DNA of 60,535 nt, filler included. It is 7 parts of 7 records of this genome, joined end to end, with 100 filler letters (N's around TTAATTAATTAA, not from the genome) between each part and the next. Parts side by side here need not be neighbours in the genome. Positions count along the whole stretch, not along the records: positions 1 to 12,587 come from SRR31147125_6647; 6 more parts are not named here. One strand, 5' to 3'. The notes under the pieces are model-generated. The model had not been told where the DNA came from, made no database searches, and worked only from the letters and a program-made list of their open reading frames with translations. The first letter of the stretch is position 1; the number at the start of each line of letters is the position of its first letter. Position numbers and translations under genes: made by a program. Below are positions 1-9,818 of the stretch, one piece after another.

Positions 1-161
1 GCCCGTTCCTTCAGGGGATCGGAGAATACCTCTGTCTTAGTGGAAACTGCTATACAATTTAATTTTTCCTTTTGAAAAAGCGAGTAGGGTTGCACTATTA
101 AATTAAAGGTGGCTGTGTGGATTTTGTTTATGTTATTTTTACACTATAGCGCTAAGATAAA

Positions 162-341
162 ATGACCAGAATGCTTAAACGGGGTATATGGGTTTTTGCG
201 TTGCAGGATGGGATGAGGCTAAAACACCATGGTGAAGTTCCAGTTAGAAGACATATCAATATTCGATCAACAAAGAGTTCGATTGATGGTGACTGGAGTT
301 ACTGGAAAAGACTTGAAAGAAGACAATTAGCCCATAGATGA
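162..341 (+). pseudogene. C-terminal fragment of a group II intron-encoded RT/maturase (59 aa; RT domain absent)
   Basis: My translation is MTRMLKRGIWVFALQDGMRLKHHGEVPVRRHINIRSTKSSIDGDWSYWKRLERRQLAHR*. The WVF...LxxH...PVRRHI...DGDWxYW pattern resembles the post-domain-X region of group II intron proteins, and it lies just upstream of intron domain V. Confidence 0.75.
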
Positions 342-424
342 TTACTTACGAACAGTTCTCGTTTTTTGGGTTATGGAAGATCATCAGAAAGAGAGGTGTC
401 TGTGATAGAGATCAGGTCTTTGAG

Positions 425-499
425 GAGCCGGATGAGGTGAAAGTATCACGTTCGGTTTTGAAGCCGAGTGGTGAGGGTGAACCCACCGCTTAGGTTAAT
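425..499 (+). mobile_element. Group II intron RNA domains V and VI with 3' end (IIB-like), 5'-truncated remnant
   Basis: Domain V is GAGCCGGATGAGGT-GAAA-GTATCACGTTCGGTTT, with the AGC triad at 426-428, a GAAA loop and an AC bulge. The domain VI stem is CCGAGTGGTG...CACCGCTT-A-GG with bulged A492, 8 nt from the AAT end at 499. Confidence 0.9.
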
Positions 500-719
500 A
501 TTTTCAGAGTAGTGTTTAAAGATTAATAAAATTATAGGACGGGGTATCAAGAAGTGATTGAAAAGGATATTTACCCTGAGAGTTGCATTGTTCGAGGTAG
601 ATAGTTCATCAATAATATTGATTTATTGTGTTGGTAAAAAATGGTATCTGCTGGTTATGAAGAGATTTATGTAGCTAATAAAACGTTTAAAGAAAGAGTA
701 AGGATGTTTTAATAATTAA

Positions 720-738
720 TTGTTAAATCATTTGACAA
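720..738. promoter_or_regulatory. Palindromic operator 1 (probable ROK-repressor site)
   Basis: TTGTTAAA-TCA-TTTGACAA is an imperfect inverted repeat overlapping a -35 box, upstream of a ROK regulator. Confidence 0.65.
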
Positions 739-760
739 AGTGGTTAGACGGGTGTATAGT
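732..760 (+). promoter_or_regulatory. sigma70-type promoter P1
   Basis: TTGACA (732-737), 17-bp spacer, TATAGT (755-760). Confidence 0.7.
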
Positions 761-777
761 TAACTCACTTAACAATA

Positions 778-798
778 TTTGTTAAATGGTTTGACAAA
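778..798. promoter_or_regulatory. Palindromic operator 2 (probable ROK-repressor site)
   Basis: TTTGTTAAA-TGG-TTTGACAAA, a near copy of operator 1 located 59 bp downstream. Confidence 0.65.
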
Positions 799-819
799 TA
801 GAGAGGGGGTATATAAAAT
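791..819 (+). promoter_or_regulatory. sigma70-type promoter P2
   Basis: TTGACA (791-796), 17-bp spacer, TAAAAT (814-819). Confidence 0.6.
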
Positions 820-852
820 TAGATCAATTAACAATAAAGAGAGGGCCTAATA

Positions 853-2018
853 TTGTCTATTCCAAAAAATGCTTCATTTATGAAGAAAAACAACAGAAAA
901 TACATTATAAACATCATCCATAAGAATAATTTATCAAGAGCTGAAATTGCTAGAGAAACAGGATTAACTAGAGCAGCAATAACACAAATAGTTGATGATC
1001 TAATTCAAAAAATTGTAGTTGAGGCAGGTATCAAAAAAAAGGCAGTGGAAGAAGTTCTGTTGTTTTAAAGTTAAATGATGATCAGCTTTACTGTATTGGC
1101 ATATCAATAAGAAATGATAGATGTAATATAGGTATTTCGACCATAAGTGGATTCGTAATTGCAAATGAAACTATTGATTTCACTGCTGTTTATGATTGGA
1201 AAATCGGTTTTTCAATCATTATTGAAAAATTGAAAGGATTAATTGATCAGTTTGTAACTTCACAGAACATTCTAGGAATTGGAGTAGCTGTTCCAGGTCC
1301 AGTAGATGGTGCTGGAGGGAAAATCTTGAATCCTCCAAAACTTGATATGTGGCACAATGTAGAAATTGTAGCTGAACTTAAAAAAATCTTTCCATTCAAT
1401 ATTTTTCTTGAAAGAGATGCAATTGCTGCAACTCTAGCAGAAAAGAATTCTACTAGAGTGATACCTTTTGAAGATTTTATTCAAGTGGAAGTTAGTACTC
1501 ACGGAGTTAGTAGCGGAATCGTGCTGAATAACAAGCTTTATAATGGTCAGAAGGGGTTCGCTGGAGAATTTGGACATCAATCTATTGATTTTAATGGAAG
1601 AAAATGTCGTTGTGGAAATATTGGTTGTATTGAATGTTATGCATCAATAGATGAAGTGATTAATAAAGCTAAATTGATAGATCCTGAAATACAGTCATGG
1701 AAGGATTTGGTTAATAAATGTGATGAAAATCAGGCATTGCAAAAAATAATTGAAAATGAAGTTCTTTATTTGGGAATAGGAATAGTAAGCGTAGTCAATC
1801 TACTAGAAATTAACGGAGTTATTATAAGTGGTGATATTGTTTATAAACCAGAACGAATTATTAATCATCTTTCAACATATATAAATAACCACACCTTAAC
1901 ACGAGATATCAATAAAATTGAAGTTATAGTCTCAGAGCAAAATTATAATGAAAGTTTTATCTCAGCTGCAATAATCGTATCGGAGCAGTTTTTAAATGGA
2001 GAAATCTTAGAGTTTTAG
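853..2018 (+). CDS. ROK family transcriptional repressor (XylR/NagC-like), split by a frameshift at the A8 run 1033-1040
   Basis: The N-terminal HTH (SRAEIARETGLTRAAIT) is in ORF 853-1068. The ROK domain (GEFGH, CRCGNIGCIECY Zn motif) is in ORF 1230-2018, whose frame is open from about 1041. Confidence 0.85.
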
Positions 2019-2085
2019 AAAATGAATAAATATTCAAATATCTAATGATTAAATAAATATTATGGGAGATTGAAAGCCAAAAATT

Positions 2086-3021
2086 ATGAGTATACTGAGC
2101 ATTGGGCAAATAGTATTTGATATTCTTGCCTATCCAATAGACGAAAAACTTTTTAAGAAAGACACATTAGTAATGGATTCAATTAAATACAGCAATGGCG
2201 GCGATGCAATGAATGTTGCCATGATTTGTAATAAATTGGATAACATTGTTCATTTTATTGGGAAGGTTGGTAATGATCTTTTCGGGTCTTACCTTGTAGA
2301 AAAAATGAAATTACAAGGCTTATCAACCGATGGGTTAGTGTGCGATCAGAAGACTCCTACGTCATCAGTTCTTGTACTTATTCAAGAAAATGGACATCGG
2401 AATTTTTTATATTTTGGGGGGGCGAATAACAAATTATCATTAGACGATATAGATTGGGAAATTGTAAATTCCTCAGATATTGTCTATCTCGGTGGCACCT
2501 TTTTACTTCCTCTTTTAGATGGGGTTGGAGCTGCAAAACTTTTATCCAACAGTAAAACGATGGGGAAGACCACCTGTATGGATGTTACATACGATCCATC
2601 AGGGAAGTGGCTGGATATAATAAGACCCTGCCTACCTTTCCTTGATTTTTTTATTCCAAGTATTGATGAAGCTAGAGCTATTACCGGTAAAGTTGATGTA
2701 AAGGAAATGGCAAATTTCCTTATTAATTCTGGAGTGAAAAATGTCATCATTAAAATGGGGGCTGAAGGTGTGTATGTAAAGAATTTGGATCATGATCTTT
2801 ATATTCCACCATATGACGTCCCTGTAGTAGACACTACCGGTGCAGGTGATTCATTTGTAGCTGGATTCCTTACAGGGATCAATCAAGGGCTGGATTTGCT
2901 GGAATCAATAAATTTTGGTCAGGCTGTTTCAGCAAAATGCATTCAAGAAATTGGTGCCACAACTGGCAATATCACATTGAAAAGTATAAAAATATTTCTT
3001 AAGGAACAAGCAAGGAGCTAA
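2086..3021 (+). CDS. PfkB family carbohydrate kinase
   Basis: GGDAMN N-terminal signature and DTTGAGDSF C-terminal signature. Confidence 0.9.
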   Translation: MSILSIGQIVFDILAYPIDEKLFKKDTLVMDSIKYSNGGDAMNVAMICNKLDNIVHFIGKVGNDLFGSYLVEKMKLQGLSTDGLVCDQKTPTSSVLVLIQENGHRNFLYFGGANNKLSLDDIDWEIVNSSDIVYLGGTFLLPLLDGVGAAKLLSNSKTMGKTTCMDVTYDPSGKWLDIIRPCLPFLDFFIPSIDEARAITGKVDVKEMANFLINSGVKNVIIKMGAEGVYVKNLDHDLYIPPYDVPVVDTTGAGDSFVAGFLTGINQGLDLLESINFGQAVSAKCIQEIGATTGNITLKSIKIFLKEQARS

Positions 3022-3025
3022 TTTA

Positions 3026-3880
3026 ATGGTCAATGGAAATACATTCAGAGAAATGTTGAAAAAAGCAGGAAGTGAAAGTTATGCAATACCTGCATTTAAT
3101 TATTCTAGTATTTGGGATTTACTGGCAATAGTTGAGACAGCACAAGAGGAGAATTCCCCGGTAATGTTAGCTTCTCATACCTCAGTATTTGATATGATGA
3201 CACCCGATGTTTGTGCAGCAGTCGGAAGAGTAATGGCTGAAAAATCTTCTATACCGATTATTTATCATTTAGACCATTCGTCTGAAATTGATAAGTGTAA
3301 AAAAGCAATCGATTTGAATTACCCCTCAGTTATGATTGATGCCTCACAGGAAACACTAAATGAAAATATTAGAAGAGTTACAGAAGTAACAGATTATGCT
3401 AAAGCGAAAGGTGTATCCGTTGAGGCTGAAATTGGAAAGATAAAAGGCCGCGGTTATGAAGGTGGATATGGTGGTAATGATTTCCTAGCAAGTGTCTCAG
3501 ATGCAGTAAACCTGGTGGAAGCAACGGGTATAGATACATTAGCAGTTGGTATTGGAACAGCTCATGGATTTTATGAAGGAAAGCCGGAAATACATTTTGA
3601 CAGACTTGCAGAGATACATGATGCAATAGATATTCCTTTAGTTCTTCATGGTGGCTCAGGAATACCTGAAGAGGATATTCAGAAAGCGATAAAGCTGGGA
3701 ATTCGAAAAATCAATGTAGGAACTATCATTCACAGCACCTTAATGAATAGTTTCAGGTCCGGTCTTATTGAAAAGGGTGAAAATCAATTCACTCTTGATA
3801 TAGCTGGTCCTGCGATGCTGGAAGTTAAAGAGGTTGTACGAGGATGGATTCGCACTTGCATGTCAAACAACAAGGCTTAA
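3026..3880 (+). CDS. Class II ketose-bisphosphate aldolase (FbaA/GatY family)
   Basis: Motifs HLDH, SVMIDAS, VEAEIG, GTAHG, VLHGGSG and KINVGT. Confidence 0.92.
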   Translation: MVNGNTFREMLKKAGSESYAIPAFNYSSIWDLLAIVETAQEENSPVMLASHTSVFDMMTPDVCAAVGRVMAEKSSIPIIYHLDHSSEIDKCKKAIDLNYPSVMIDASQETLNENIRRVTEVTDYAKAKGVSVEAEIGKIKGRGYEGGYGGNDFLASVSDAVNLVEATGIDTLAVGIGTAHGFYEGKPEIHFDRLAEIHDAIDIPLVLHGGSGIPEEDIQKAIKLGIRKINVGTIIHSTLMNSFRSGLIEKGENQFTLDIAGPAMLEVKEVVRGWIRTCMSNNKA

Positions 3881-3923
3881 TGGGTTAAATAAATCACTTG
3901 TTGGGGATTTTAGGATAAGTAAA

Positions 3924-4946
3924 ATGATCAGAATGAATTTTGTTGATTACGAGAAAATTGAAGAAGTGGATGTTATGATTCCATTTCCAAATATCAATGA
4001 GATAGTTTTAAAAATTAAAAGAGTTGGTATTTGTGGTTCTGATATTCATGCTTTTTATGGAAAGCATCCAACAATGCCACCCCCAGTAGTTCTTGGGCAT
4101 GAATTTTCTGCTGAAATTTATCAATTAGGAGAATCTGTTAAGGATTTTTCAATTGGAGAGATGGTGACAATACGCCCTCAAATCCAATGTGGAACGTGTA
4201 TTTATTGTAGAACTGGACATCCAAATATTTGTAAAAATTTAAAAGTAGTCGGTTGTCAGGTTGATGGTGGAAGCCAGGAGTACGTTTCTGTAAATCATGA
4301 TTTGGTTTACAAGCTTCCCAAATCAATCAATGAAGATGAAGGGGTTTTTGTAGAACCAGTTTCAGTTGCTGCTGCCAATGTTAGAGCAGCGGGTGACCTA
4401 GAAGGGAAAACAGTATTAGTTCTAGGTGCTGGAACCATAGGTAATTTAACAGCCCAAGTTGCAATAATTGCTGGTGCAGAAATAGTTTCTGTCACTGATA
4501 TTGCTGATGAAAAACTTAAAAATGCGAACAAATCGGGAATTGAAAATACAATAAACACAAAGAATAGTAATTTTGGGAATAAAATTAATGATATCTTTGG
4601 TGATGATGGTCCAGATGTGATATTTGAATGTGTTGGTTCAGAAATTACAATAAATCAAGCAATCAAATATATAAAAAAAACTGGAAAGATAATTGTAGTT
4701 GGAATTTTCTCACATCCTCCAAAGACAGACTTTCTCAATATTCAGGAAAAAGAAATTAATATAAAAGGAGTCCTTATGTATTTGGATGAGGATTTCAGGA
4801 AAGCAATTGAATTGATTCAAGATAAAAAAGTCGATGTGAATCATCTAATTTCTAGGCATTTCCCATTGGTTGATTCAGCTGCAGCTTATGACTATATAAA
4901 AAACAATCCTCAGCATTCTATGAAAGTCATATTGAATGTTTGCTGA
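3924..4946 (+). CDS. Zn-dependent medium-chain polyol/sugar dehydrogenase
   Basis: GICGSD, GHE, CGTCIYC...C structural Zn site and GAGTIG Rossmann motif. ATG 3924 is preferred over the track start at 3834, which overlaps the aldolase. Confidence 0.88.
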   Translation: MIRMNFVDYEKIEEVDVMIPFPNINEIVLKIKRVGICGSDIHAFYGKHPTMPPPVVLGHEFSAEIYQLGESVKDFSIGEMVTIRPQIQCGTCIYCRTGHPNICKNLKVVGCQVDGGSQEYVSVNHDLVYKLPKSINEDEGVFVEPVSVAAANVRAAGDLEGKTVLVLGAGTIGNLTAQVAIIAGAEIVSVTDIADEKLKNANKSGIENTINTKNSNFGNKINDIFGDDGPDVIFECVGSEITINQAIKYIKKTGKIIVVGIFSHPPKTDFLNIQEKEINIKGVLMYLDEDFRKAIELIQDKKVDVNHLISRHFPLVDSAAAYDYIKNNPQHSMKVILNVC

Positions 4947-5309
4947 CTATTTTTCAAGGAAGAGAATGTAGCTCTAAGAGAGAATGAACAATTTTGATAA
5001 ATATAAATTTGTATATATATAAGTTTTCTAATTTCATGCATGGATTTAAAAAAAATAATAGGAGGTGGATTGGTTTTTTATTAATTGATGAAAGCATTAT
5101 TAACTTTTATAAAAATTAATGAGCCGATTGTCAATAATCATTTATTTTTGGCAATTGCTTCTGAAGTTTTGATTACCTCTTCATAACTATATACTTAGTA
5201 ATAGTTTGTTAGAATTAAACTTCAGATCGAAAGATTTTCTAGTATTTTACTTGAGTTTCAAGTGATGTATTTACAAAAACTTTTCTTTTAAATCTATGGA
5301 GGCAGATAA

Positions 5310-6281
5310 ATGAAAAAAATATTTTTAGCATTAATTATTTTATTGGTAGCTCTTACAGGAGTGTTTGCTAATGCAGAAGCTGAAGCATCTCCCAAAGATG
5401 ATGGAATTATGAAGGTGGGTATGACTCTTCAGGATCTTACAAACCAAGTTTGGGCATCAAGAGCTATGGCGGTAGAAGATATCATTGAGAAAAACGGTGG
5501 AGAGTTTACCTATATAGGTTGTGATTATAATGCAGCAACCCAAATTAGCCAGGTTGAAAACTTTGTGGCAAGTGGTGTGGATATTGTAATGATTCATCCT
5601 GCGGAAAAAACATCGATGGATTCTGCATTGATAGATATCAAAGCTAAGAACCCAGATGTCAAATTCTTTCTTTACGATGAAGAATTAGAAAATTCCGATA
5701 TGAACTTTCTGGCAAACAACTATGAATGTGGTTATATGATTGGAACACAGGCTGCTAACTGGATTAATGATAAACTTGATGGTGTTGCTGAAGTGGGAGT
5801 TATTGGGTGGCCGTCAATTGAAGTTCTCCTTGAGAGAGAGAATGGTATTAAAGACGCTATCACTGACCTTGCTCCTGATGCAACGATTGTCGCTACTGGT
5901 GCCGCTATAAACAACATTGATGGCATGGCTCTTGTAGAAACCTATCTTCAGGCGCATCCCGATATGCAGGTTGTTGCATCAATTGGTGGAAGTTCAAGTG
6001 TTGGTGCAAATGAAGCGGTTAAAGCTGCTGGGAAGATGAATGATAAATGGGGGATTTTCGGGTCTGATGCAACAGAAGAAGAGCTTGCAGCTATGGATAG
6101 AAATGAAGCTATCCGATGTAGCATTATGTATACTGGTTCATCTGAAGAGGTTGCAGTATACGTATATGATTGGTTGCTACAATTGTATAATGATGAACCA
6201 CATGATCAAAATGTTTATCATGTGTTTGTTCCTGTCGATTCTAGCAACTATAAAAAGTACTACAGTAAGTATGCTAACTAA
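5310..6281 (+). CDS. Sugar ABC transporter substrate-binding protein (RbsB-like, CUT2)
   Basis: Signal peptide ending VFANA; periplasmic binding protein type-1 pattern; GGAGG RBS; precedes an ATPase and a permease. Confidence 0.88.
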   Translation: MKKIFLALIILLVALTGVFANAEAEASPKDDGIMKVGMTLQDLTNQVWASRAMAVEDIIEKNGGEFTYIGCDYNAATQISQVENFVASGVDIVMIHPAEKTSMDSALIDIKAKNPDVKFFLYDEELENSDMNFLANNYECGYMIGTQAANWINDKLDGVAEVGVIGWPSIEVLLERENGIKDAITDLAPDATIVATGAAINNIDGMALVETYLQAHPDMQVVASIGGSSSVGANEAVKAAGKMNDKWGIFGSDATEEELAAMDRNEAIRCSIMYTGSSEEVAVYVYDWLLQLYNDEPHDQNVYHVFVPVDSSNYKKYYSKYAN

Positions 6282-6297
6282 TTAAATTGTATTAATC

Positions 6298-6324
6298 TGC
6301 AGTGTCCTTTTTTAGGGCACTGCA
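6298..6324 (+). other. Intergenic stem-loop after the binding-protein gene (probable mRNA stabiliser)
   Basis: TGCAGTGTCC-TTTTTTA-GGGCACTGCA inverted repeat with no U-tract. Confidence 0.55.
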
Positions 6325-6349
6325 TGGTCTTCGTTTATGAGGAGGTCTC

Positions 6350-7861
6350 ATGGCTCAAGAAGAGTTTCCCATATTGAAAATTAATAAATTAACTAAAACA
6401 TACCCTGGAGTTCTTGCCCTAGATGATATCTCTTGGGAAGTTAAAAAAGGTGAAATTCATGCTCTTGTCGGTGAAAATGGTGCTGGTAAATCTACACTGG
6501 TAAAATGTTGCAGTGGTGCTATAAAACCGACCCATGGGACTGTTATAATAAATGATGAAATTTTTCATTCGTTGACACCAGAGTTGTCAGAGAAAAAAGG
6601 TCTTTCTGTAATTTATCAGGAATTTAATCTTATTCAAGAACTTACTGTTGCTGAAAATGTCTTTTTAGGAAAAGCAATTCGAAAAGGAATTATTATAGAT
6701 ATGAAGTCTATGGCTGAGAAAACTAAAGAAGTTTTTTCTCAGCTTCACATAAATATCAACCCAAATGAGGTAATAAAAAATCTAACAGTTGGGTATCAGC
6801 AAATGGTAGAAATCGCAAAAGCTCTTTCTATAAATGCAAAAATTTTATTTATGGATGAACCGACTGCTCCTTTGACAAAAACTGAAACTGAAGATTTATT
6901 TCATATTATTAGAAAGCTTAAAGAATCTGGAGTTACCATAATATATATTTCCCATCGTTTGGAAGAAATTTTTCATCTCTGTGACAGAGTAACAATAATG
7001 CGGGATGGACAATTAATCAAAACGCTTGAAACAAATGAGACGAATAAAAAGCAACTCATTGAATTAATGGTTGGAAGAGTCTTTAAAGAGACCTTCCCTC
7101 CCAGATCCAATTGTATACAGGAAGAAGTTGTATTGGATGTGAAAAATATATCAGGAAATGGTGTAGAAAATATTACTTTACAAGTCAAAAAAGGAGAAAT
7201 CCTGGGACTTGGTGGGTTGATTGGCGCAGGGCGGACTGAATTGGCAGAATTATTGTTTGGAGTAAAACCAATAAAGTCAGGATTTGTGTTTCTGAAAGGA
7301 AAACAAATTTGGTATAAAGATCCAGAAAATGCTATTAAAAAGGGAATTGCATATGTATCTGAAGATAGAAAGCAGAAAGGGGTGCTTCTTGACATTAGTA
7401 TTCGAGAAAATATAACCATAGCTATTTTAAAACGATTATCACATTTATTTGTAATTAATAAAGCTAAAGAGGCATCTATTACACAAAAATTCAAGGAACA
7501 GTTAAGTATTAAGACTCCTAGTCAAAACCAGCTTGTTAAAAATTTAAGTGGTGGAAATCAGCAAAAGGTTGTCCTAGCTAAATGGCTTGCTTCTGAACCG
7601 GACCTGATTATTCTTGATGAACCTACAAGAGGAATTGATGTAGGGGCAAAATATGAAATTTATAAACTTATTAATGTACTGGTTGAAGAAGGGAAGGCGG
7701 TTATTATGATTTCTTCAGAAATGGAGGAATTAATCGGAGTTTCTGATCGAATAATTGTATTGTCTGAAGGTGTAATGACCGGTGAACTATTTAAATCTGA
7801 ATTTAATCAAGAAAAAATATTAGAATATGCTTCAGCAAACTCAGGGGAGATAAAAGAATGA
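6350..7861 (+). CDS. Sugar ABC transporter ATPase (RbsA/MglA-like, two NBDs)
   Basis: GENGAGKST, MDEPT, ISHRLEE, LSGGNQQKV and LDEPTRGIDVGAK. Confidence 0.95.
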   Translation: MAQEEFPILKINKLTKTYPGVLALDDISWEVKKGEIHALVGENGAGKSTLVKCCSGAIKPTHGTVIINDEIFHSLTPELSEKKGLSVIYQEFNLIQELTVAENVFLGKAIRKGIIIDMKSMAEKTKEVFSQLHININPNEVIKNLTVGYQQMVEIAKALSINAKILFMDEPTAPLTKTETEDLFHIIRKLKESGVTIIYISHRLEEIFHLCDRVTIMRDGQLIKTLETNETNKKQLIELMVGRVFKETFPPRSNCIQEEVVLDVKNISGNGVENITLQVKKGEILGLGGLIGAGRTELAELLFGVKPIKSGFVFLKGKQIWYKDPENAIKKGIAYVSEDRKQKGVLLDISIRENITIAILKRLSHLFVINKAKEASITQKFKEQLSIKTPSQNQLVKNLSGGNQQKVVLAKWLASEPDLIILDEPTRGIDVGAKYEIYKLINVLVEEGKAVIMISSEMEELIGVSDRIIVLSEGVMTGELFKSEFNQEKILEYASANSGEIKE

Positions 7862-8810
7862 ATTTTGCAAACATTTTTAAAAAATATGGGATCTTTTTGG
7901 CTCTCATCATACTTTTTTTGTTTTTCTCCATAAGGAGCGATGTCTTTTTAAGAACTAATAATTTGTTTAACATTGCTAGACAGGTTTCTTTTTTAGGAAT
8001 AGCGGCTGTCGGAATGACTTTCACCCTCCTTCTGGGAGGAATTGATTTATCAATTGGTTCTGTTATTTCACTTGTTAATGTAGTAGTTGCTATATTAATG
8101 GTTAATCATGGCGTCTCTCCTATAATTGCTTGCCTGATAGGTATTGTTCTTAGTACTTTCCTTGGATTCCTGAATGGTTTGGCGGTAGCAAATATTGGAA
8201 TTCCACCTCTTATTGTAACGTTATGTGCATTAACCATTTGGGAAGGAGTTGCATATATTCTATCCAAAGGCTTGCCAATTTTTGGGTTTCCCCCAGTTTT
8301 TCAATACTAGGCCAAGGATATATTGGAGTTGTCCCAATCCCTGTAATAGTTATGGTTGCAATTTTAGGAATTGGAGCATTTATTCTCAATAAAACTTACT
8401 TTGGTCGACATTTCTATGCTGTTGGAGGGAATGAAGAGGCTGCATTTCTATCAGGGATTAATGTCAAACGAGTCAAGTATTTAGCTTATACTCTTTCCGG
8501 ATTTTTTGCAGGATTAGCTGGTATTGTAATCCTTTCCCGAACTAATTCCGGTCAAGCTATTACGGGAAAAGGATTTGAATTCAGTGTATTAACAGCAATT
8601 GCCCTTGGTGGTGTAAGTGTTGCTGGAGGAATTGGTAGAGTCTCAAATATCGTTGCAGGAGTATTCATTATAGGAATTTTAACTAACGGACTTGTTATTT
8701 TGAATGTCAGTCATTATGTACAGATGGTTATTAAAGGATTAGTACTTTTTTCGGCTGTAGCATTTGATATGCTGCAAAAAAACGGGAAACTTTCTTTTAA
8801 GAAAAAGTAA
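7858..8810 (+). CDS. Sugar ABC transporter permease (RbsC-like), frameshift at the C5 run 8290-8294
   Basis: GGIDLSIGS in the first half and FGRHFYAVGGNEEAAFLSGI in the second half. One extra C fuses them as FGFPPSFSILGQG. Confidence 0.9.
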
Positions 8811-8892
8811 TGAAATAAACTTGTAGTGTGAGATATATAATATATTTTTAAATATATTGCCTAACGAATTAATATAAAATTAGCCATGGAGG

Positions 8893-9663
8893 ATGATATT
8901 GTCTGCATACGTACCTATTGATAAAAATTTTAGCCTTGAAGGAAAAACTGCAATAATTACAGGGGGAGCTAGCGGTATAGGTTATGTAACCTCAAAATTA
9001 TTTGAAGAAAAGGGAGCTAAAGTCATTATTTGGGATAAGAGTCATGAGGTTGAAGAAATTGCAAATTCAATCAGCAAAGATACAATCGGATATAAGCTTG
9101 ATATGGAAAATATAGAGGCCGTTAGAGAAGCTGCAAATATTTTTAATAAAGCTGATATTTTATGCTCACTTGCTGCAATTGCACAATCTCTTCCGGCAGA
9201 AACAATGACTGTTGAAATGTGGAACAATCATCTAAATATCAATCTTACCGGTTTGTTTTTCACTTGCCAGGCTATTGGTAATAATATGATTAAAAGTGGT
9301 AGAGGCGGGAAAATCATCAATATTGCTTCTCAAGCTGCTATGATTGCTCTTTATGGGCATATCGCATATGCAGTAAGCAAAGCAGGTGTTTTGGCGATAA
9401 CACGGCAGTTGGCTGCAGAATGGGGTAAATATAATATTAATGTGAATGCTATTTCTCCCACAGTAATCGATACACCTATGTCAGATTTAAAAACAGGTTG
9501 GTGGGCAGGGGAAAGAGGAGCAAAGTTATTGGATACAATGCCATGTGGTAGATTTGGTAAGCCTGAAGAGGTTGCTGCAGCCATTCTATTTTTAGCAAGT
9601 GATGCAGCAAATTTGATCAATGGAGAAAATCTTGTTATTGATGGAGGTTTTTCAATCGTATGA
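8893..9663 (+). CDS. SDR oxidoreductase resembling D-threitol dehydrogenase (GolD/DthD-like)
   Basis: TGGASGIG, ASQA, YAVSK catalytic YxxxK, NAISPTV and WAGERG...PCGRFG...NGENLVIDGG. Confidence 0.8.
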   Translation: MILSAYVPIDKNFSLEGKTAIITGGASGIGYVTSKLFEEKGAKVIIWDKSHEVEEIANSISKDTIGYKLDMENIEAVREAANIFNKADILCSLAAIAQSLPAETMTVEMWNNHLNINLTGLFFTCQAIGNNMIKSGRGGKIINIASQAAMIALYGHIAYAVSKAGVLAITRQLAAEWGKYNINVNAISPTVIDTPMSDLKTGWWAGERGAKLLDTMPCGRFGKPEEVAAAILFLASDAANLINGENLVIDGGFSIV

Positions 9664-9818
9664 GATCTCTATTTTAGCATCTAAATTATTATCCCTCTTC
9701 TGTGTTCAGTAATCTAAAGAGAAATTAGGACTCTCAGCAAGAATCTCCATAATATCAAACAGTAATTATGGAAAAGTAAGATGTCTTTTCAGGATTATTA
9801 AGTAAGGAAATATACATT

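Noticed and set aside
4947-5309. 363-bp gap with an AGGAGG motif near 5060 as a riboswitch or small gene
   Set aside because: I recognised no convincing ORF or conserved RNA structure; it is probably an AT-rich promoter region.
853-8810. Phase variation or programmed frameshifting in the ROK and permease genes
   Set aside because: The runs are short, and the same one-base loss appears across unrelated contigs. Sequencing error is the simpler explanation.
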